DNA of 64,000 nucleotides from Geopsychrobacteraceae bacterium (GCA_963662315.1 OY759353.1:1632001-1696000); one strand, 5' to 3'; positions 1 through 10,823 are shown, counted from the stretch's first letter. Notes: a model not told the origin generated them from the sequence alone. Program-made: numbers and translations.

Positions 1-1
1 G

Positions 2-325
2 CAGAATAATCAGATTTATGATTTGGCCAGTTCTGGAATACCCCTCGGCATCAGTGATGTGGCTACTTTTGAAAACAGCACTACCATCCACTTCAATCAG
101 GGAGATATCCTTTTTATAGGGACAGATGGTATCTGGGAAACCCGCGACAGCAGCGATGCCATGTTCGGAACTGAGCGCCTTAAGGAACTGCTGTGGAATT
201 ACCGGCAGCTGTCGGCAACCCAAATCGCTGATGCCATACTGACAGAAATCAACCTGTTCCGTGGCGAAGCGGCCATTGAAGATGATATCACCTTGCTGAT
301 CATCAAAGCACTTGATGCCGAGTAA
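2..325 (+). CDS. PP2C/SpoIIE-family serine phosphatase, C-terminal part (5' truncated by window edge)
   Basis: Motifs GDILFIGTDGIWE and EDDITLLII; frame is open to the window start. Confidence 0.85.
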   Translation, partial: QNNQIYDLASSGIPLGISDVATFENSTTIHFNQGDILFIGTDGIWETRDSSDAMFGTERLKELLWNYRQLSATQIADAILTEINLFRGEAAIEDDITLLIIKALDAE

Positions 326-398
326 AGATCAGGATTGATCTCAAAACGTAGCAGGGTCTCGTGAATAATTGAGAATGTTATTTATCCAGAAGAGGGAA

Positions 399-1610
399 AT
401 GATGAACCACCTTTGGCGTATCTACCTATTTTTCTGTTTATTATCACTGCCCGCGCTGCCAGCTCTTGCGGCTCAAGTTATGGTGGCCTTTCCTCAACCA
501 ACGATTACTGCCGGGTCAGTCGTCCAGATGAAAGTCTACTTTCACAATGAAGGACAGAGCCCGGATACTTTTATTATTCCAGAGCAACTGCAATTGTTTA
601 CTGAAGACAATCAGGAGGCACCACGGATCCTGAGCGCCTTCAGTAACATTAATGAAAGAAATGTGACTCTGAATCCTGGCCAGTTTATGGTTCAGACCTA
701 TAACCTGGCCCTTCCTTCAGATCTGGCTACGGTTTTCAGCTTTACCCTGGCTGGGTTTCCAGACTCTACCTATACGACATTGATCAGTCCGCCCCAAGCC
801 ATTCCTGACCAACCGACAACGTCGGTTGTCACTACGGAGAAAACGGATAAACAACCTTCAATACGCGACCTTCAATCTCTTTATCGACCATATGACGCCA
901 ACTTTTCACCCCACGAACCAACCTATTTTGTTGTCGGTACAGATCCGGCCAAATCCAAATTTCAACTGAGCTTTAAATATCGACTGTTTAACCCCAGCGG
1001 TTCGTTGAGTAGAAGCTATCCCTGGATCAGCGGTTTCCACCTGGGCTATACCCAGACGTCTTATTGGGATCTGGCCGCTGATTCGCTGCCTTTTGAAGAT
1101 ACCAGCTACAAACCAGAACTGCTATACCTGTCTTCCAACCTCAACTTCCGCCCCAGCTGGTTGGATGCCGTTTTTATCCAAACCGCGGTCCAACATGAGT
1201 CAAATGGTCGCGGTGGCGATAGCTCGCGCAGTACCAATTATATTTACACCAAGCCGATTTTTGCCCTCTACGATGAAAGCACACGACTGGGAGTCATGTT
1301 CAGTCCCAAATTCCTCTATTATTTCAACAATGACGATGATACCAATCCAGACCTGTCTGATTATCGTGGCTACATCGATCTGGAAGTGAAAGTCGGCAAA
1401 GCCCAGAGCCTGATGCTGACGACCAACACCCGTTTCGCCAAAAAAGGAACGTCCTTCCAGGCGGATCTGAGTTACCCGATATCCCGCTTATTGGGAAATA
1501 ACTTTGATATCTACCTGCAGCTGCAATACAGCAATGCGTTGGCGGAGAGCCTGCTTCATTATCAGGAACGTACCGAAGCATTACGACTGGGCATTGCCTT
1601 GGTGCGTTAG
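399..1610 (+). CDS. pldA: Outer membrane phospholipase A (OMPLA) with N-terminal extension
   Basis: Signal peptide; KFQLSFK, YTQTSYW, PFEDTSYKPE and catalytic HESNG motifs. Confidence 0.85.
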   Translation: MMNHLWRIYLFFCLLSLPALPALAAQVMVAFPQPTITAGSVVQMKVYFHNEGQSPDTFIIPEQLQLFTEDNQEAPRILSAFSNINERNVTLNPGQFMVQTYNLALPSDLATVFSFTLAGFPDSTYTTLISPPQAIPDQPTTSVVTTEKTDKQPSIRDLQSLYRPYDANFSPHEPTYFVVGTDPAKSKFQLSFKYRLFNPSGSLSRSYPWISGFHLGYTQTSYWDLAADSLPFEDTSYKPELLYLSSNLNFRPSWLDAVFIQTAVQHESNGRGGDSSRSTNYIYTKPIFALYDESTRLGVMFSPKFLYYFNNDDDTNPDLSDYRGYIDLEVKVGKAQSLMLTTNTRFAKKGTSFQADLSYPISRLLGNNFDIYLQLQYSNALAESLLHYQERTEALRLGIALVR

Positions 1611-1612
1611 AA

Positions 1613-2260
1613 TTATGACTCCTGAAGCCCTGCTATCTTGCAACCACTTTCGCGGTAATGGTCACGAACGACCTGCTCGATATCAGCAGCGACACCGGAT
1701 CTGACGGCAGAGACAATCAGCCGGTGACGCCGACCTATCTCCTTAGCGTTATAGAGAGAGCTCCAATGTTTGTAGAACAGAACATGACATTTAAGACTGA
1801 GACGATTGGTGTATTCCAGAAGCTGCTGGTTATTGCAAAAGCTGATTAAAAAATCGTGAAACTGGCCGCCAATCTCAACAACCATCTTATGATCCTGCCG
1901 TAAAGCGCAGGCTTCCATGTCATCGACCATCTGATCGAGGCGGGAACAATCCTCTGCAGTGATATTGTGAAAACCAACGGCGATAGCAAACCCTTCCAGG
2001 ACACCCCTGGTGGTATAGCAATCAATAATTTCCTGGGCTGACAAGACCGGAATGAAATTTCCAACCTGTGGGCGGTAATCCACCAACCCATCCATGATCA
2101 GTTCTTTCATGGCCTCACGGATCGGTGCCCTGCTGATCCCCATCTGAACCGCGAGAAGACTCTCTTTAACCTGCTGCCCTGGGACCAGATCGCCCGCCAG
2201 CAGCAGCTGATAAACATAATCAACAACCTGATCTTTATAGGTTTTTTTCACAATCGGCAT
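1613..2260 (-). CDS. GntR family transcriptional regulator (FCD C-terminal domain)
   Basis: wHTH LVPGQQVKE..LA..MGISRAPIREA; FCD-like FHDFL and HRLIV..DHY; start moved to ATG 2260. Confidence 0.85.
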   Translation of the reverse strand: MPIVKKTYKDQVVDYVYQLLLAGDLVPGQQVKESLLAVQMGISRAPIREAMKELIMDGLVDYRPQVGNFIPVLSAQEIIDCYTTRGVLEGFAIAVGFHNITAEDCSRLDQMVDDMEACALRQDHKMVVEIGGQFHDFLISFCNNQQLLEYTNRLSLKCHVLFYKHWSSLYNAKEIGRRHRLIVSAVRSGVAADIEQVVRDHYRESGCKIAGLQES

Positions 2261-2344
2261 AAGAAAACCCCATCCGTCGACAATCGACACGAAATGCGTA
2301 AACATAGCACAGGTAGGTCATTGGTGCCGATAAAATTGTCGGGA

Positions 2345-3031
2345 TCACAAGAAGCGGGATTCTAATGGGCCATAAGGAGGAATATCTGACTGCTTCAGTA
2401 ACTCCTGAAACCGCGATCGAGGAACTTCACAAGCGCCCATACTCAAGAGATGACTGGTGGTCTGCTGGCAATCCAACATGATAAAGTTGCGTTCTTTAAG
2501 GTACTGAGCTAAAGCAACCAACGCAACTTTAGAACCATTAACCTGACGGCTGAACATCGACTCCCCAAAAAAACAGCCTCCAATGCAGACACCATAGAGA
2601 CCACCAACCAGGTCATCCCCCTGCCAGCATTCAACAGAATGAGCAAAGCCTAATTGATGCAGACGTTTATAGGCGTGAACCATTTCCGGAGAGATCCAGG
2701 TCCCGCTCCCATCGAGGCCGGCACGCAAGCGACGACACCAGTAAATCACCCGGGCAAAATCTTCATTGAAGCTGACCCGGTAAGGTTGCCTGTTGAGAAA
2801 ACGGCGTAAGGATCTTGAGATATGCAATTGTTCTGGAAACAGGACACAACGGGGATCAGGAGACCACCACAAAATTGGCTCGCCCGGATTATACCAGGGG
2901 AAGATCCCCAGACTGTAGGCAAACAGCAAACGCTCTGCGGAAAGATCCCCGCCGACGGCAAGAAGACCGTAATCTTCGGCTTCCGCCACCGGTGGGAACC
3001 AGAGGTCCTTATCAAGCTGGTAACAGGACAT
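2345..3031 (-). CDS. aat: Leucyl/phenylalanyl-tRNA--protein transferase
   Basis: GLLAVGGDLS, GIFPW, WWSPDPR, FFGESMFS; downstream of clpSA. Confidence 0.95.
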   Translation of the reverse strand: MSCYQLDKDLWFPPVAEAEDYGLLAVGGDLSAERLLFAYSLGIFPWYNPGEPILWWSPDPRCVLFPEQLHISRSLRRFLNRQPYRVSFNEDFARVIYWCRRLRAGLDGSGTWISPEMVHAYKRLHQLGFAHSVECWQGDDLVGGLYGVCIGGCFFGESMFSRQVNGSKVALVALAQYLKERNFIMLDCQQTTSHLLSMGACEVPRSRFQELLKQSDIPPYGPLESRFL

Positions 3032-3042
3032 GCAGCAGAGGA

Positions 3043-5295
3043 TCAGGAATAATTGAAGACAAACTTACCTGACTTAAAGCCGACCTTAACATTCCCTCCA
3101 TCGCGCAGCTCTCCAAACAGAATCTTCGCAGCTAAGGGGTCACTCAGTTCGGCCTGAATCAGACGGCCAAGGGGGCGAGCCCCGTAAATGGGATCATACC
3201 CCTGCTTGGCAAGTTCCCGACGCGCAGCCGGGGTAACCTTGATAGTTACGTCCCGCTCAACCAGCTGCTCAGCTAACTGGCCGATAAATTTATCAACCAC
3301 CAGGAGCATGATGTCTTCATCCAGAGGAGCAAAGTTGACGATCGCGTCAAGCCGATTACGGAACTCTGGAGAGAAGGCTTTATCCGTCGCACGTTTCGGT
3401 GCGATCGTCTCCCTCTCACCAAAACCAATCGGGACGATACTCATTTCCCGACCACCCAGATTACTGGTCATAATCAGAATAACATTACGGAAATCCGTTT
3501 CCTTACCGTTATTATCTGTCAGGGTCCCATGATCCATGACCTGCAACAGGATGTTGAACAGATCCGGATGGGCTTTTTCAATCTCATCAAGCAGCAGGAC
3601 CGACCAGGGATTCTTGCTGACCGATTCGGTCAACAGCCCCCCCTGATCAAAACCGACATACCCCGGAGGCGCACCGATCAACCGGGATACGGCATGTTTT
3701 TCCATGTACTCGCTCATATCAAAGCGCAGGAATTTAACCCCCAGCTGGCTGGCCAGCTGCTTGGCGACTTCGGTCTTGCCAACCCCGGTCGGCCCGGTAA
3801 ACAACAATGAGCCAACTGGCTTATCCGGATGACCAAGACCGGCCCGGGAACGGTGAATCGATTTGACCAGGCTTTCAATCGCCGGATCCTGACCATATAC
3901 CACGCGCTTCAGATCCCGTTCGAGATAGCGCAGGCGCTGACGATCACTGCCGGAAACGGTACGGATCGGAACCCGCGCCATTCGGGCGATTACCCGTTCG
4001 ATTTCTTCCAGACCGATCGGGCGATTCGGGTTACCATCGAGACGGTGCTGAGCGCCGGCCTCGTCAATCACATCAATCGCCTTATCCGGCAAGTGGCGCT
4101 GGGGCAGATGCTTGACCGCCAGTTTAACAGCAGCTTCCAGAGCCTCCTCCGTGTAGGTGACGTTATGGTGTTTTTCATAGCGGGGGCAGAGTCCCTTGAG
4201 AATAGCCAACGTTTCTTCACTGCTCGGTTCGACCAGATCAATCTTCTGGAAGCGCCGCGACAAAGCACGATCCTTGTCGAACAGGTTGCGGTACTCTTCA
4301 TAGGTGGTCGAACCGATACAGCGCAACTCACCAGAACCCAGGGCCGGTTTCAGAATATTGGACGCATCCAGAGACCCGCCGCTGGTCGCCCCGGCCCCGA
4401 CTATCGTGTGAATCTCATCAATAAACAGAATCGCCCGGTCACGCTGCTGAAGGGCACCGACAACCGCCTTCAGCCGCTCTTCAAAATCACCACGGAATTT
4501 GGTTCCGGCGAGCAGTGCCCCCATATCGAGGGTAAATATCTCACTGTCTTTGAGCAGGTCCGGCACTGTTCCTTCGGCAATCCTCAAGGCCAGACCTTCA
4601 GCCATAGCGGTTTTTCCCACCCCCGGTTCACCAACAAAGATAGGATTATTTTTGCGCCGCCGACACAGCACCAGAATCGTCCTCTCCAGTTCCTGTTCAC
4701 GCCCGATCATCGGATCGATCTTCCCTTCCCGGGCGCGTTCCAGCAGGTCGATAGTAAACGATTTAAGCGGATCGGACGGTTTCTGCTTGCTCTTCTGATC
4801 ACTTTGCGGTGCATCTGACGGTCGCTCAGCAGTCTTATCATCCTTCATGCGCGAAGCCGGACCATGAGATATCTGGTCAAGCAGATCAACGCGCTCAATC
4901 CCCTGACTCTGCAGAAAAAAGCAGGCGTGGGAATTTTCTTCTTCCAGGATCGCCGCCAGCAGATCCCCTACTCCGACCTCATTCTGTTGCGAAGACTGCA
5001 TATGCAACACCGTGCGTTGCAGCATGCGTTGCAGTGCCAGGGTCTGACGTGGCACCTCTTCACGATCAATCCCTTCTGGGAGGTTCTCCAGATGCATATC
5101 GAAATAATTTTCGAGCTGTTGTTTCAACTCATCAATATCACCGCCACATGCCGTTAGGATCTGTTGACCAATCCCTTCAAACAATAATGCGTAGAGAACG
5201 TGTTCCGTCGTTAAATATTCATGACGTCTGCGTTGCGCTTCACGCACCGCCAAGGTAAATGCTATTTGTACGTCTTGATTAAACATTTCAGCCAC
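3043..5295 (-). CDS. clpA: ATP-dependent Clp protease ATP-binding subunit ClpA
   Basis: Clp N-domain, two Walker A motifs (GEPGVGKT, GPTGVGKT), IGF loop, GARPL; adjacent to clpS. Confidence 0.95.
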   Translation of the reverse strand: MAEMFNQDVQIAFTLAVREAQRRRHEYLTTEHVLYALLFEGIGQQILTACGGDIDELKQQLENYFDMHLENLPEGIDREEVPRQTLALQRMLQRTVLHMQSSQQNEVGVGDLLAAILEEENSHACFFLQSQGIERVDLLDQISHGPASRMKDDKTAERPSDAPQSDQKSKQKPSDPLKSFTIDLLERAREGKIDPMIGREQELERTILVLCRRRKNNPIFVGEPGVGKTAMAEGLALRIAEGTVPDLLKDSEIFTLDMGALLAGTKFRGDFEERLKAVVGALQQRDRAILFIDEIHTIVGAGATSGGSLDASNILKPALGSGELRCIGSTTYEEYRNLFDKDRALSRRFQKIDLVEPSSEETLAILKGLCPRYEKHHNVTYTEEALEAAVKLAVKHLPQRHLPDKAIDVIDEAGAQHRLDGNPNRPIGLEEIERVIARMARVPIRTVSGSDRQRLRYLERDLKRVVYGQDPAIESLVKSIHRSRAGLGHPDKPVGSLLFTGPTGVGKTEVAKQLASQLGVKFLRFDMSEYMEKHAVSRLIGAPPGYVGFDQGGLLTESVSKNPWSVLLLDEIEKAHPDLFNILLQVMDHGTLTDNNGKETDFRNVILIMTSNLGGREMSIVPIGFGERETIAPKRATDKAFSPEFRNRLDAIVNFAPLDEDIMLLVVDKFIGQLAEQLVERDVTIKVTPAARRELAKQGYDPIYGARPLGRLIQAELSDPLAAKILFGELRDGGNVKVGFKSGKFVFNYS

Positions 5296-5616
5296 TTAAG
5301 CCTCCTCTAAGGTACAACGTAAGGGAAACCCTGCTTTACGGGCCTTCATACGAACCTGATCAGCCTTTGTTTCGGCAATTGCAAAAGGGAACGTGCCACA
5401 ATGACCCACCCCCTGAAAATGTATCGTCAGCATGATTTTTTCAGCATCAGTCGCTGACTTACGGAATATTGTCTGTAAGACCTCAACGACAAATTCCATC
5501 GTGGTATAATCATCATTGTGCATCAAAACCTTGTAAAGAGAGGGTGTTTCAACATACTCTTTGGTCTTGACCTGAATCTTGATTTTATTACCGGATTTCG
5601 TATCTGAGTTCGCCAT
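5296..5616 (-). CDS. clpS: Clp protease adaptor ClpS
   Basis: YKVLMHNDDYTTMEFVVEVL...FPLRCTLE; start moved to ATG 5616. Confidence 0.95.
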   Translation of the reverse strand: MANSDTKSGNKIKIQVKTKEYVETPSLYKVLMHNDDYTTMEFVVEVLQTIFRKSATDAEKIMLTIHFQGVGHCGTFPFAIAETKADQVRMKARKAGFPLRCTLEEA

Positions 5617-5700
5617 AGTTGTTATCGATCCTTTATTCTTTGACGTTTGTAATCTTAGCACAAAGAAGCACGTGCGAACAGTCCACCATGGAGAGAAAAG

Positions 5701-6072
5701 ATGAACAGACCGTCAAATAATCGCAGCAGACGCCCTGACCCGTTACTGCGCTTATTATCTGTGTGTAACGGGCTGGCGGTAGTCTCTTTGGCAGCAGCAC
5801 TCGTGGTAACGGCAATTGCCAAGCCACAACTGGAAACATTCTTTGACCGTTATTACAATCTGACTCTGCGTACCACCTGGAATATGGAGCTTGCCAACTA
5901 TATCGGCGTCCTGCTGGTCTGCAGCTTCATCATCAGCGTCATCGGCCTGATCATCAACAGTAAACGGCTTAAGCGTAAAGATGACTATATTCGCGCTACC
6001 CTGGTTCTGAGCCTGGTTATTTCACTGGTGGCCTTCGGATACTTTTTACGCCTGGCGGCATCTCAAGGGTAA
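5701..6072 (+). CDS. Hypothetical membrane protein (about 3 TM helices)
   Basis: GGAG SD before ATG; three hydrophobic segments. Confidence 0.65.
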   Translation: MNRPSNNRSRRPDPLLRLLSVCNGLAVVSLAAALVVTAIAKPQLETFFDRYYNLTLRTTWNMELANYIGVLLVCSFIISVIGLIINSKRLKRKDDYIRATLVLSLVISLVAFGYFLRLAASQG

Positions 6073-6764
6073 AGATCGGCCCACTGCAACCTATTCACGC
6101 CGAACAGATCGCCAGCAGAGTCGCTATCGTCAATATTCTGCTGTAAAAGATAGCGAACCAGCCCGGTCAGCTGAAAGCTGCGATCATCCCATCCCCGTTT
6201 AGCTAAACCTGCCGTCACCCCCATAAACATGGCTTCGTATAACCGTTGTTGAAACTGATGCATCAAAACCCGCCCCTGTGCCCCGGAAATCGGTAATTGA
6301 AGAGCATCAATACACTGCTGGACATCCGTCGATGTCACACTGCGACACAGTAGCGGCCGTACCGGATAAATACTGCAGCACAGATCCGTCCCGAGAAAAG
6401 CACACGATCGCTGACAGGCGAGTCGTTCCTCATCGTCAAGTCCACGAATGACCTGCCACAGCTGATCAAGCTTTTCCTGTTGCCGAACCAGTAAAGGTCC
6501 TGGCAATTGGCGTATAAATCGGACAATAATTAACGCCTCGGGAATCGATATTGACACGTTCACGACACAACAATAGCCACACCCAGGCCCACAAGCGATC
6601 AAATCACGTTGGCCCGACCGATCCTCAACCAGCATCTTCTCCGCCTCCGCAAAAGAGACCTTCAGAGCCTGGTCAAGCGCCGCCAAGGGACGCTCTGCCA
6701 TGCAGGCAGCAAAAATTCTTTGACTGACCAGGTCCTGCACATCAGACAGAGATGGGTTCGCCAT
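6063..6764 (-). CDS. YkgJ-family (CxxCxxCC) cysteine-cluster protein
   Basis: C..GCGYCC and CAFL...CSIYPVRPLLCR; AAGGAG SD. Confidence 0.85.
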   Translation of the reverse strand: MANPSLSDVQDLVSQRIFAACMAERPLAALDQALKVSFAEAEKMLVEDRSGQRDLIACGPGCGYCCVVNVSISIPEALIIVRFIRQLPGPLLVRQQEKLDQLWQVIRGLDDEERLACQRSCAFLGTDLCCSIYPVRPLLCRSVTSTDVQQCIDALQLPISGAQGRVLMHQFQQRLYEAMFMGVTAGLAKRGWDDRSFQLTGLVRYLLQQNIDDSDSAGDLFGVNRLQWADLYP

Positions 6765-6969
6765 TGAATACTCCTTTTATTGGGTATCTCCAACCGCTCT
6801 GAAAACGGTTATTCAGTGTCAGGATAAATACATATCCCCTCTCTTCTTCTTTACAATTCTACCTGCTAACAGGGCGCACCACAAACCAACAACTTGTTGT
6901 ATACAATCCGCTCTGCTATTGTTGGTCGAGCCTGTAACGCATTGCTTCTACTGCCTGAAAGGAACGGAC

Positions 6970-8262
6970 GTGTTTCCTGCTGACATTGATCTTATTCTTG
7001 AAAAAATCCTCCCTTGGGTACTTGCCGGACTGACAGTAGGCTACCTGCTCGGCACCTTGAAACAGCACCGTAAACAAGCACTCTTGCTGCAACAAAAGGA
7101 AGAACTCAGTCATAAGCTGGCTCGCTGCGAAGCGCAAATTGAAGCGGAACGGCAAGGGAATCAAGAGAAAATACAATTACTGGAAGACAATCGCAGGCAG
7201 TTGGAACATAGTTTCCAGGCTCTTTCGGCCCAAGCCCTGGAATCCAACAACCGAAATTTCCTGCAACTGGCCAAAAGCAGTCTGGCGACACTGCACAAAG
7301 AGAATCAGGGCGACTTGGCCCAACGTCAGCAGGCCATTGACCAGCTGGTTCACCCGCTCAAAGAATCCTTGACCAAAGTCGATCATAAAATTGAGCAACT
7401 TGAACGAGCCCGCCGCGATGCTTACGGGCGCCTTGACCAACAGTTGCAGTCATTGCTGACCAGTCAGCATAAACTGGAAACAGAAACCGGCAACCTGGTC
7501 CGCGCCTTGCGCGCCCCTGCCGCACGCGGCCGCTGGGGGGAAATTCAACTGCGCAAAGTGGTCGAGATGGCCGGTATGGTCAATTACTGTGACTTTGTGG
7601 AACAGGAAACTGCAGATGGAGGCCGGTTACGCCCGGACATGGTCATAAAGCTCCCCAATGGGCGCAACATCATTGTTGACTCAAAGGCTCCACTGGAAGC
7701 TTACCTCAATGCCCTTGAAAGCGACAATGACGATCAGCGCAACACGTTACTCAGTCAACATGCGCGGCAGATTCGTGATCATGTCGTCAAACTGTCCGGC
7801 AAAAACTACTGGGAACAGTTTCAGCCGACCCCTGAATTTGTCGTCCTGTTTCTTCCCGCCGAAACCTTTTTCTCGGCAGCCCTCGCCCAGGATCCTGGCC
7901 TTATTGAAGCAGGCGTTGACCGCAAAGTGCTGCTTGCCACGCCGACAACCCTGATAGCCCTACTGCGCTCCGTTGCCTACGGCTGGCGCCAGGAACAGCT
8001 GACCGAAAATGCCGAAGTCATCAGTCAGCTCGGCCGAGAAATGTACGACCGGCTGGCCACCATGCACCAGCACTTCCAGCAACTCGGTAAAAATCTGGAG
8101 CGTGCTGTTGATAGTTACAACCGGGGAATAGCCTCCCTCGACAGTCGAGTCATGGTTTCAGCACGCAAATTCAAGGATCTTGGTGCCGGCACCAGCAAAG
8201 ATATTGAAGCAGCAAACCAGATCAACACTCTGCCCCGCATACCTCAAGGTTCAGAAGACTGA
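6970..8262 (+). CDS. rmuC: DNA recombination protein RmuC
   Basis: [43 protein letters not shown] start after AAAGGA. Confidence 0.9.
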   Translation: MFPADIDLILEKILPWVLAGLTVGYLLGTLKQHRKQALLLQQKEELSHKLARCEAQIEAERQGNQEKIQLLEDNRRQLEHSFQALSAQALESNNRNFLQLAKSSLATLHKENQGDLAQRQQAIDQLVHPLKESLTKVDHKIEQLERARRDAYGRLDQQLQSLLTSQHKLETETGNLVRALRAPAARGRWGEIQLRKVVEMAGMVNYCDFVEQETADGGRLRPDMVIKLPNGRNIIVDSKAPLEAYLNALESDNDDQRNTLLSQHARQIRDHVVKLSGKNYWEQFQPTPEFVVLFLPAETFFSAALAQDPGLIEAGVDRKVLLATPTTLIALLRSVAYGWRQEQLTENAEVISQLGREMYDRLATMHQHFQQLGKNLERAVDSYNRGIASLDSRVMVSARKFKDLGAGTSKDIEAANQINTLPRIPQGSED

Positions 8263-8332
8263 TCCCCAGAAAAGGTCAACTTGTGCTATAGTGACATTTT
8301 TTCATTCATCAAGATTCCTTGGAGGAACTCCC

Positions 8333-8914
8333 ATGAAAATACTGAAACTCGTTATCTGGACCCTGGTGCTGATGCTGCTCAGCAGTTGCGGTTACAACAC
8401 CATGCAAAAAAATGAAGAAGCCGTGTTCGCCGCCTGGGCAGACGTCGAAGCAACCTACCAGCGCCGTGCCGACCTGATCCCAAACCTGGTGGAAACGGTC
8501 AAGGCCTATGCTGCCCACGAAAAAGAAACTCTGACACAAGTCACCAATGCCAGAGCCAAAGTCGGCCAGGTCAGCCTGTCGGCAGACAACTTGGGCAATA
8601 CCGCTGCGCTGCAACAATTCCAGCAGGCCCAGGGAGAACTTTCCGGCGCCCTGTCGCGCTTACTGGTCGTTGCTGAACGTTACCCGGACCTGAAGGCCAA
8701 TCAGAATTTCCGCGACCTGCAGCATCAGCTGGAAGGGACCGAGAACCGCATTAATGTGGCCCGTCAGCGCTACAATGAAGCGGTAAGGGTTTTCAATACG
8801 TCGATCCGGACCTTCCCCAACAGCATGACCAACAACTTCCTGCTCCACCTTGACCGCAAAGAACCATTCAAGGCTGATGCGGGAGCAGCAACGGCTCCGA
8901 AGGTGACATTCTAA
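8333..8914 (+). CDS. lemA: LemA family protein (lipobox-like LSSC)
   Basis: [37 protein letters not shown]. Confidence 0.92.
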   Translation: MKILKLVIWTLVLMLLSSCGYNTMQKNEEAVFAAWADVEATYQRRADLIPNLVETVKAYAAHEKETLTQVTNARAKVGQVSLSADNLGNTAALQQFQQAQGELSGALSRLLVVAERYPDLKANQNFRDLQHQLEGTENRINVARQRYNEAVRVFNTSIRTFPNSMTNNFLLHLDRKEPFKADAGAATAPKVTF

Positions 8915-9642
8915 TGCGTAAACTGGTTCTGATCCTGCTGTTTCTGCTTTTAAGCGTTGTGCCTGTTGCCGCCCGCGACATTCCCAACCCCACGGGTTAC
9001 GTCAACGATACCGCCGGCATCATGTCGAAAACGGTCAAACTGAAACTTGAGCAGTTTTTACATGATTTCGAAGCCAGCGACTCAACCCAGATTACGGTAT
9101 TGACCATCCCCTCCCTGGAAGGAGAGAACCTTGAAGATTATTCCATGAAGGTTCTGGAAAACTGGGGAATCGGTCAAAAAAACAAAGATAACGGAGCCCT
9201 GCTCCTGGTGGCAAAAGATGAACGTAAGATTCGCATTGAGGTCGGCTATGGCCTTGAAGGGCGCCTGACGGACCTGCTGGCCGGGCGGATCATCGACAAC
9301 GAAATTTCCCCTCGCTTCAAACAGGGTGATTTTGATGGGGGGATTGTCAGTGGCGTGGTTGGTATTGCTGAAGCCGTCAGGGGCGAATATACCGGAACCG
9401 GAACAACCCGCAGCAAGAAAAAAGGCAGTCCGTTCGGCTTTCTGTTCCTGCTGTTTTTCCTTGGTCCATTCCTGGCCCGTTTAGGTGGTCGGCGCAATTA
9501 CCGTTCGCGCCGTAGCGGTATCTTCTTCGGGGGACCCTTCATAGGTGGAGGCGGCGGCTTCGGTGGCGGTGGTTTTGGAGGCGGCGGCTTCTCCGGCGGA
9601 GGAGGCGGCGGTGGTGGCGGAGGTGCTTCCGGTGGCTGGTAG
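8914..9642 (+). CDS. TPM-domain protein (YgcG-like) with Gly-rich C-tail
   Basis: WGIGQKNKDNG, RIEVGYGLEG, GGF..GGGGASGGW tail; coupled to lemA. Confidence 0.9.
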   Translation: MRKLVLILLFLLLSVVPVAARDIPNPTGYVNDTAGIMSKTVKLKLEQFLHDFEASDSTQITVLTIPSLEGENLEDYSMKVLENWGIGQKNKDNGALLLVAKDERKIRIEVGYGLEGRLTDLLAGRIIDNEISPRFKQGDFDGGIVSGVVGIAEAVRGEYTGTGTTRSKKKGSPFGFLFLLFFLGPFLARLGGRRNYRSRRSGIFFGGPFIGGGGGFGGGGFGGGGFSGGGGGGGGGGASGGW

Positions 9643-9718
9643 CGACGCGCTGGTGCCGGAGATTTCAAAGAGCGCTATTTTTCATTCTAACTTCTAAATT
9701 CACCAGATAGAGAGAGTT

Positions 9719-10357
9719 ATGATATCTGCAGCAGATTTTTTTACGGCGGAAGAACAGAAGAACATTGAGGCCGCGGTTAAGGCAGCGGAGTTGACCACCA
9801 GTGGTGAAATTGTGCCGATGATTGTCGATTCTTCCTATGAATATCCGCGTGCCGAATTAATCGGCGGCGGAACGCTGGCCCTAGCCTGTGGGCTGTTCGG
9901 AAGCTGGGCCTGGGGAGGCGAATCAATCTGGTCGTTTCTGCCCATTTTTCTGGTTGCCTTTGGCCTGTTCTTTTATCTCATCCGCTCCTGTCCGGCTCTT
10001 AAACGTAAACTGATTCATCCTGAAGAATTGGCCGCAGAGACCAGGGAAAAAGCCCTGGTGTCTTTCCTTGAGCAGGGTTTACACGAAACCCGCGATAAAA
10101 CCGGCATTCTGATCTTGGTATCATTGTTTGAAAGAAGGGTTGTCGTGCTTGCCGACAGTGGTATCAACGCCAAGGTTCCTGAAAACACCTGGGACGAAAT
10201 TGTCGCCATGATTGTGCCCGGCGTAAAAAGTGGTCAGACATGTACAGCGCTGTGCCATGCGATTACCCGGTGCGGAGAATTGCTAAGTTACCATTTCCCA
10301 CGCAAAGCCGATGATACAGATGAGCTCCCCAACCTGATTTTACCCCACAGAGAATAA
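9719..10357 (+). CDS. TPM-domain membrane protein (third gene of LemA-TPM operon)
   Basis: AELTTSGEIV, TRDKTGILI, ADSGI, DELPN. Confidence 0.85.
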   Translation: MISAADFFTAEEQKNIEAAVKAAELTTSGEIVPMIVDSSYEYPRAELIGGGTLALACGLFGSWAWGGESIWSFLPIFLVAFGLFFYLIRSCPALKRKLIHPEELAAETREKALVSFLEQGLHETRDKTGILILVSLFERRVVVLADSGINAKVPENTWDEIVAMIVPGVKSGQTCTALCHAITRCGELLSYHFPRKADDTDELPNLILPHRE

Positions 10358-10438
10358 AAGACACCGCCAGAAGTTGGGGGCTGCGTGAACGTGATCAACG
10401 GCCAGCCCCTCGCAACCGGCAGGGGCTGGAGGATAAAC

Positions 10439-10453
10439 TTTACAATTCTTAAC
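10439..10453 (+). promoter_or_regulatory. OmpR/CpxR-type direct repeat TTTAC-N5-TTAAC upstream of SHOCT gene
   Basis: tttacaattcttaac; similar box at 39521. Confidence 0.4.
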
Positions 10454-10548
10454 AAGACAGTCTCACACGACGTGATAAACTCAGGAGCGTCCTAGCGAGA
10501 GAAGCAGGGACGGAAAGATAAGCCACTGCTTAAGAATTGGAGGCAAAT

Positions 10549-10788
10549 ATGGGCTATCATCATCTGGGGATGGGACAATTCTGGCCATTGGGCGGACACG
10601 GTTTTGGCGGCCTGATGTTCTGGCTGTTGATCTTTTTTATCTGTTACCTGATTTACCGCGGCAGTCGCTCCTGGTCCCGTAATACTCAACATTACAACGA
10701 TGCTCTGGGGACCCTGAATCAGCGTCTGGCGCGAGGAGAAATTAGTGCTGATGAGTACGACGCAATACTCAAGCGCATTCACTCTTAG
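10549..10788 (+). CDS. Small membrane protein with SHOCT domain
   Basis: GGAGG SD; TM helix then ALGTLNQRLARGEISADEYD. Confidence 0.85.
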   Translation: MGYHHLGMGQFWPLGGHGFGGLMFWLLIFFICYLIYRGSRSWSRNTQHYNDALGTLNQRLARGEISADEYDAILKRIHS

Positions 10789-10823
10789 CTGGAGTTAAAA
10801 AAATACCCAGAGCACGAGCAACG

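Noticed and set aside
3829..4818. Long antisense ORFs (329 aa here; also 13006-13809 and 48800-49540)
   Set aside because: Shadows of well-supported genes (clpA, acyl-CoA ligase, sucA) with no recognisable motifs.
9540..9640. GGC/GGT-rich repeat
   Set aside because: It is the ordinary Gly-rich tail of TPM-domain proteins.
10474..10530. GGGACGGAAAG resembling the GEMM-I (c-di-GMP/cGAMP) riboswitch core upstream of the SHOCT gene
   Set aside because: I could not build the P2 stem from the upstream AAAC, and the bases after GGAAAG do not fit. An Infernal/Rfam scan would settle it.
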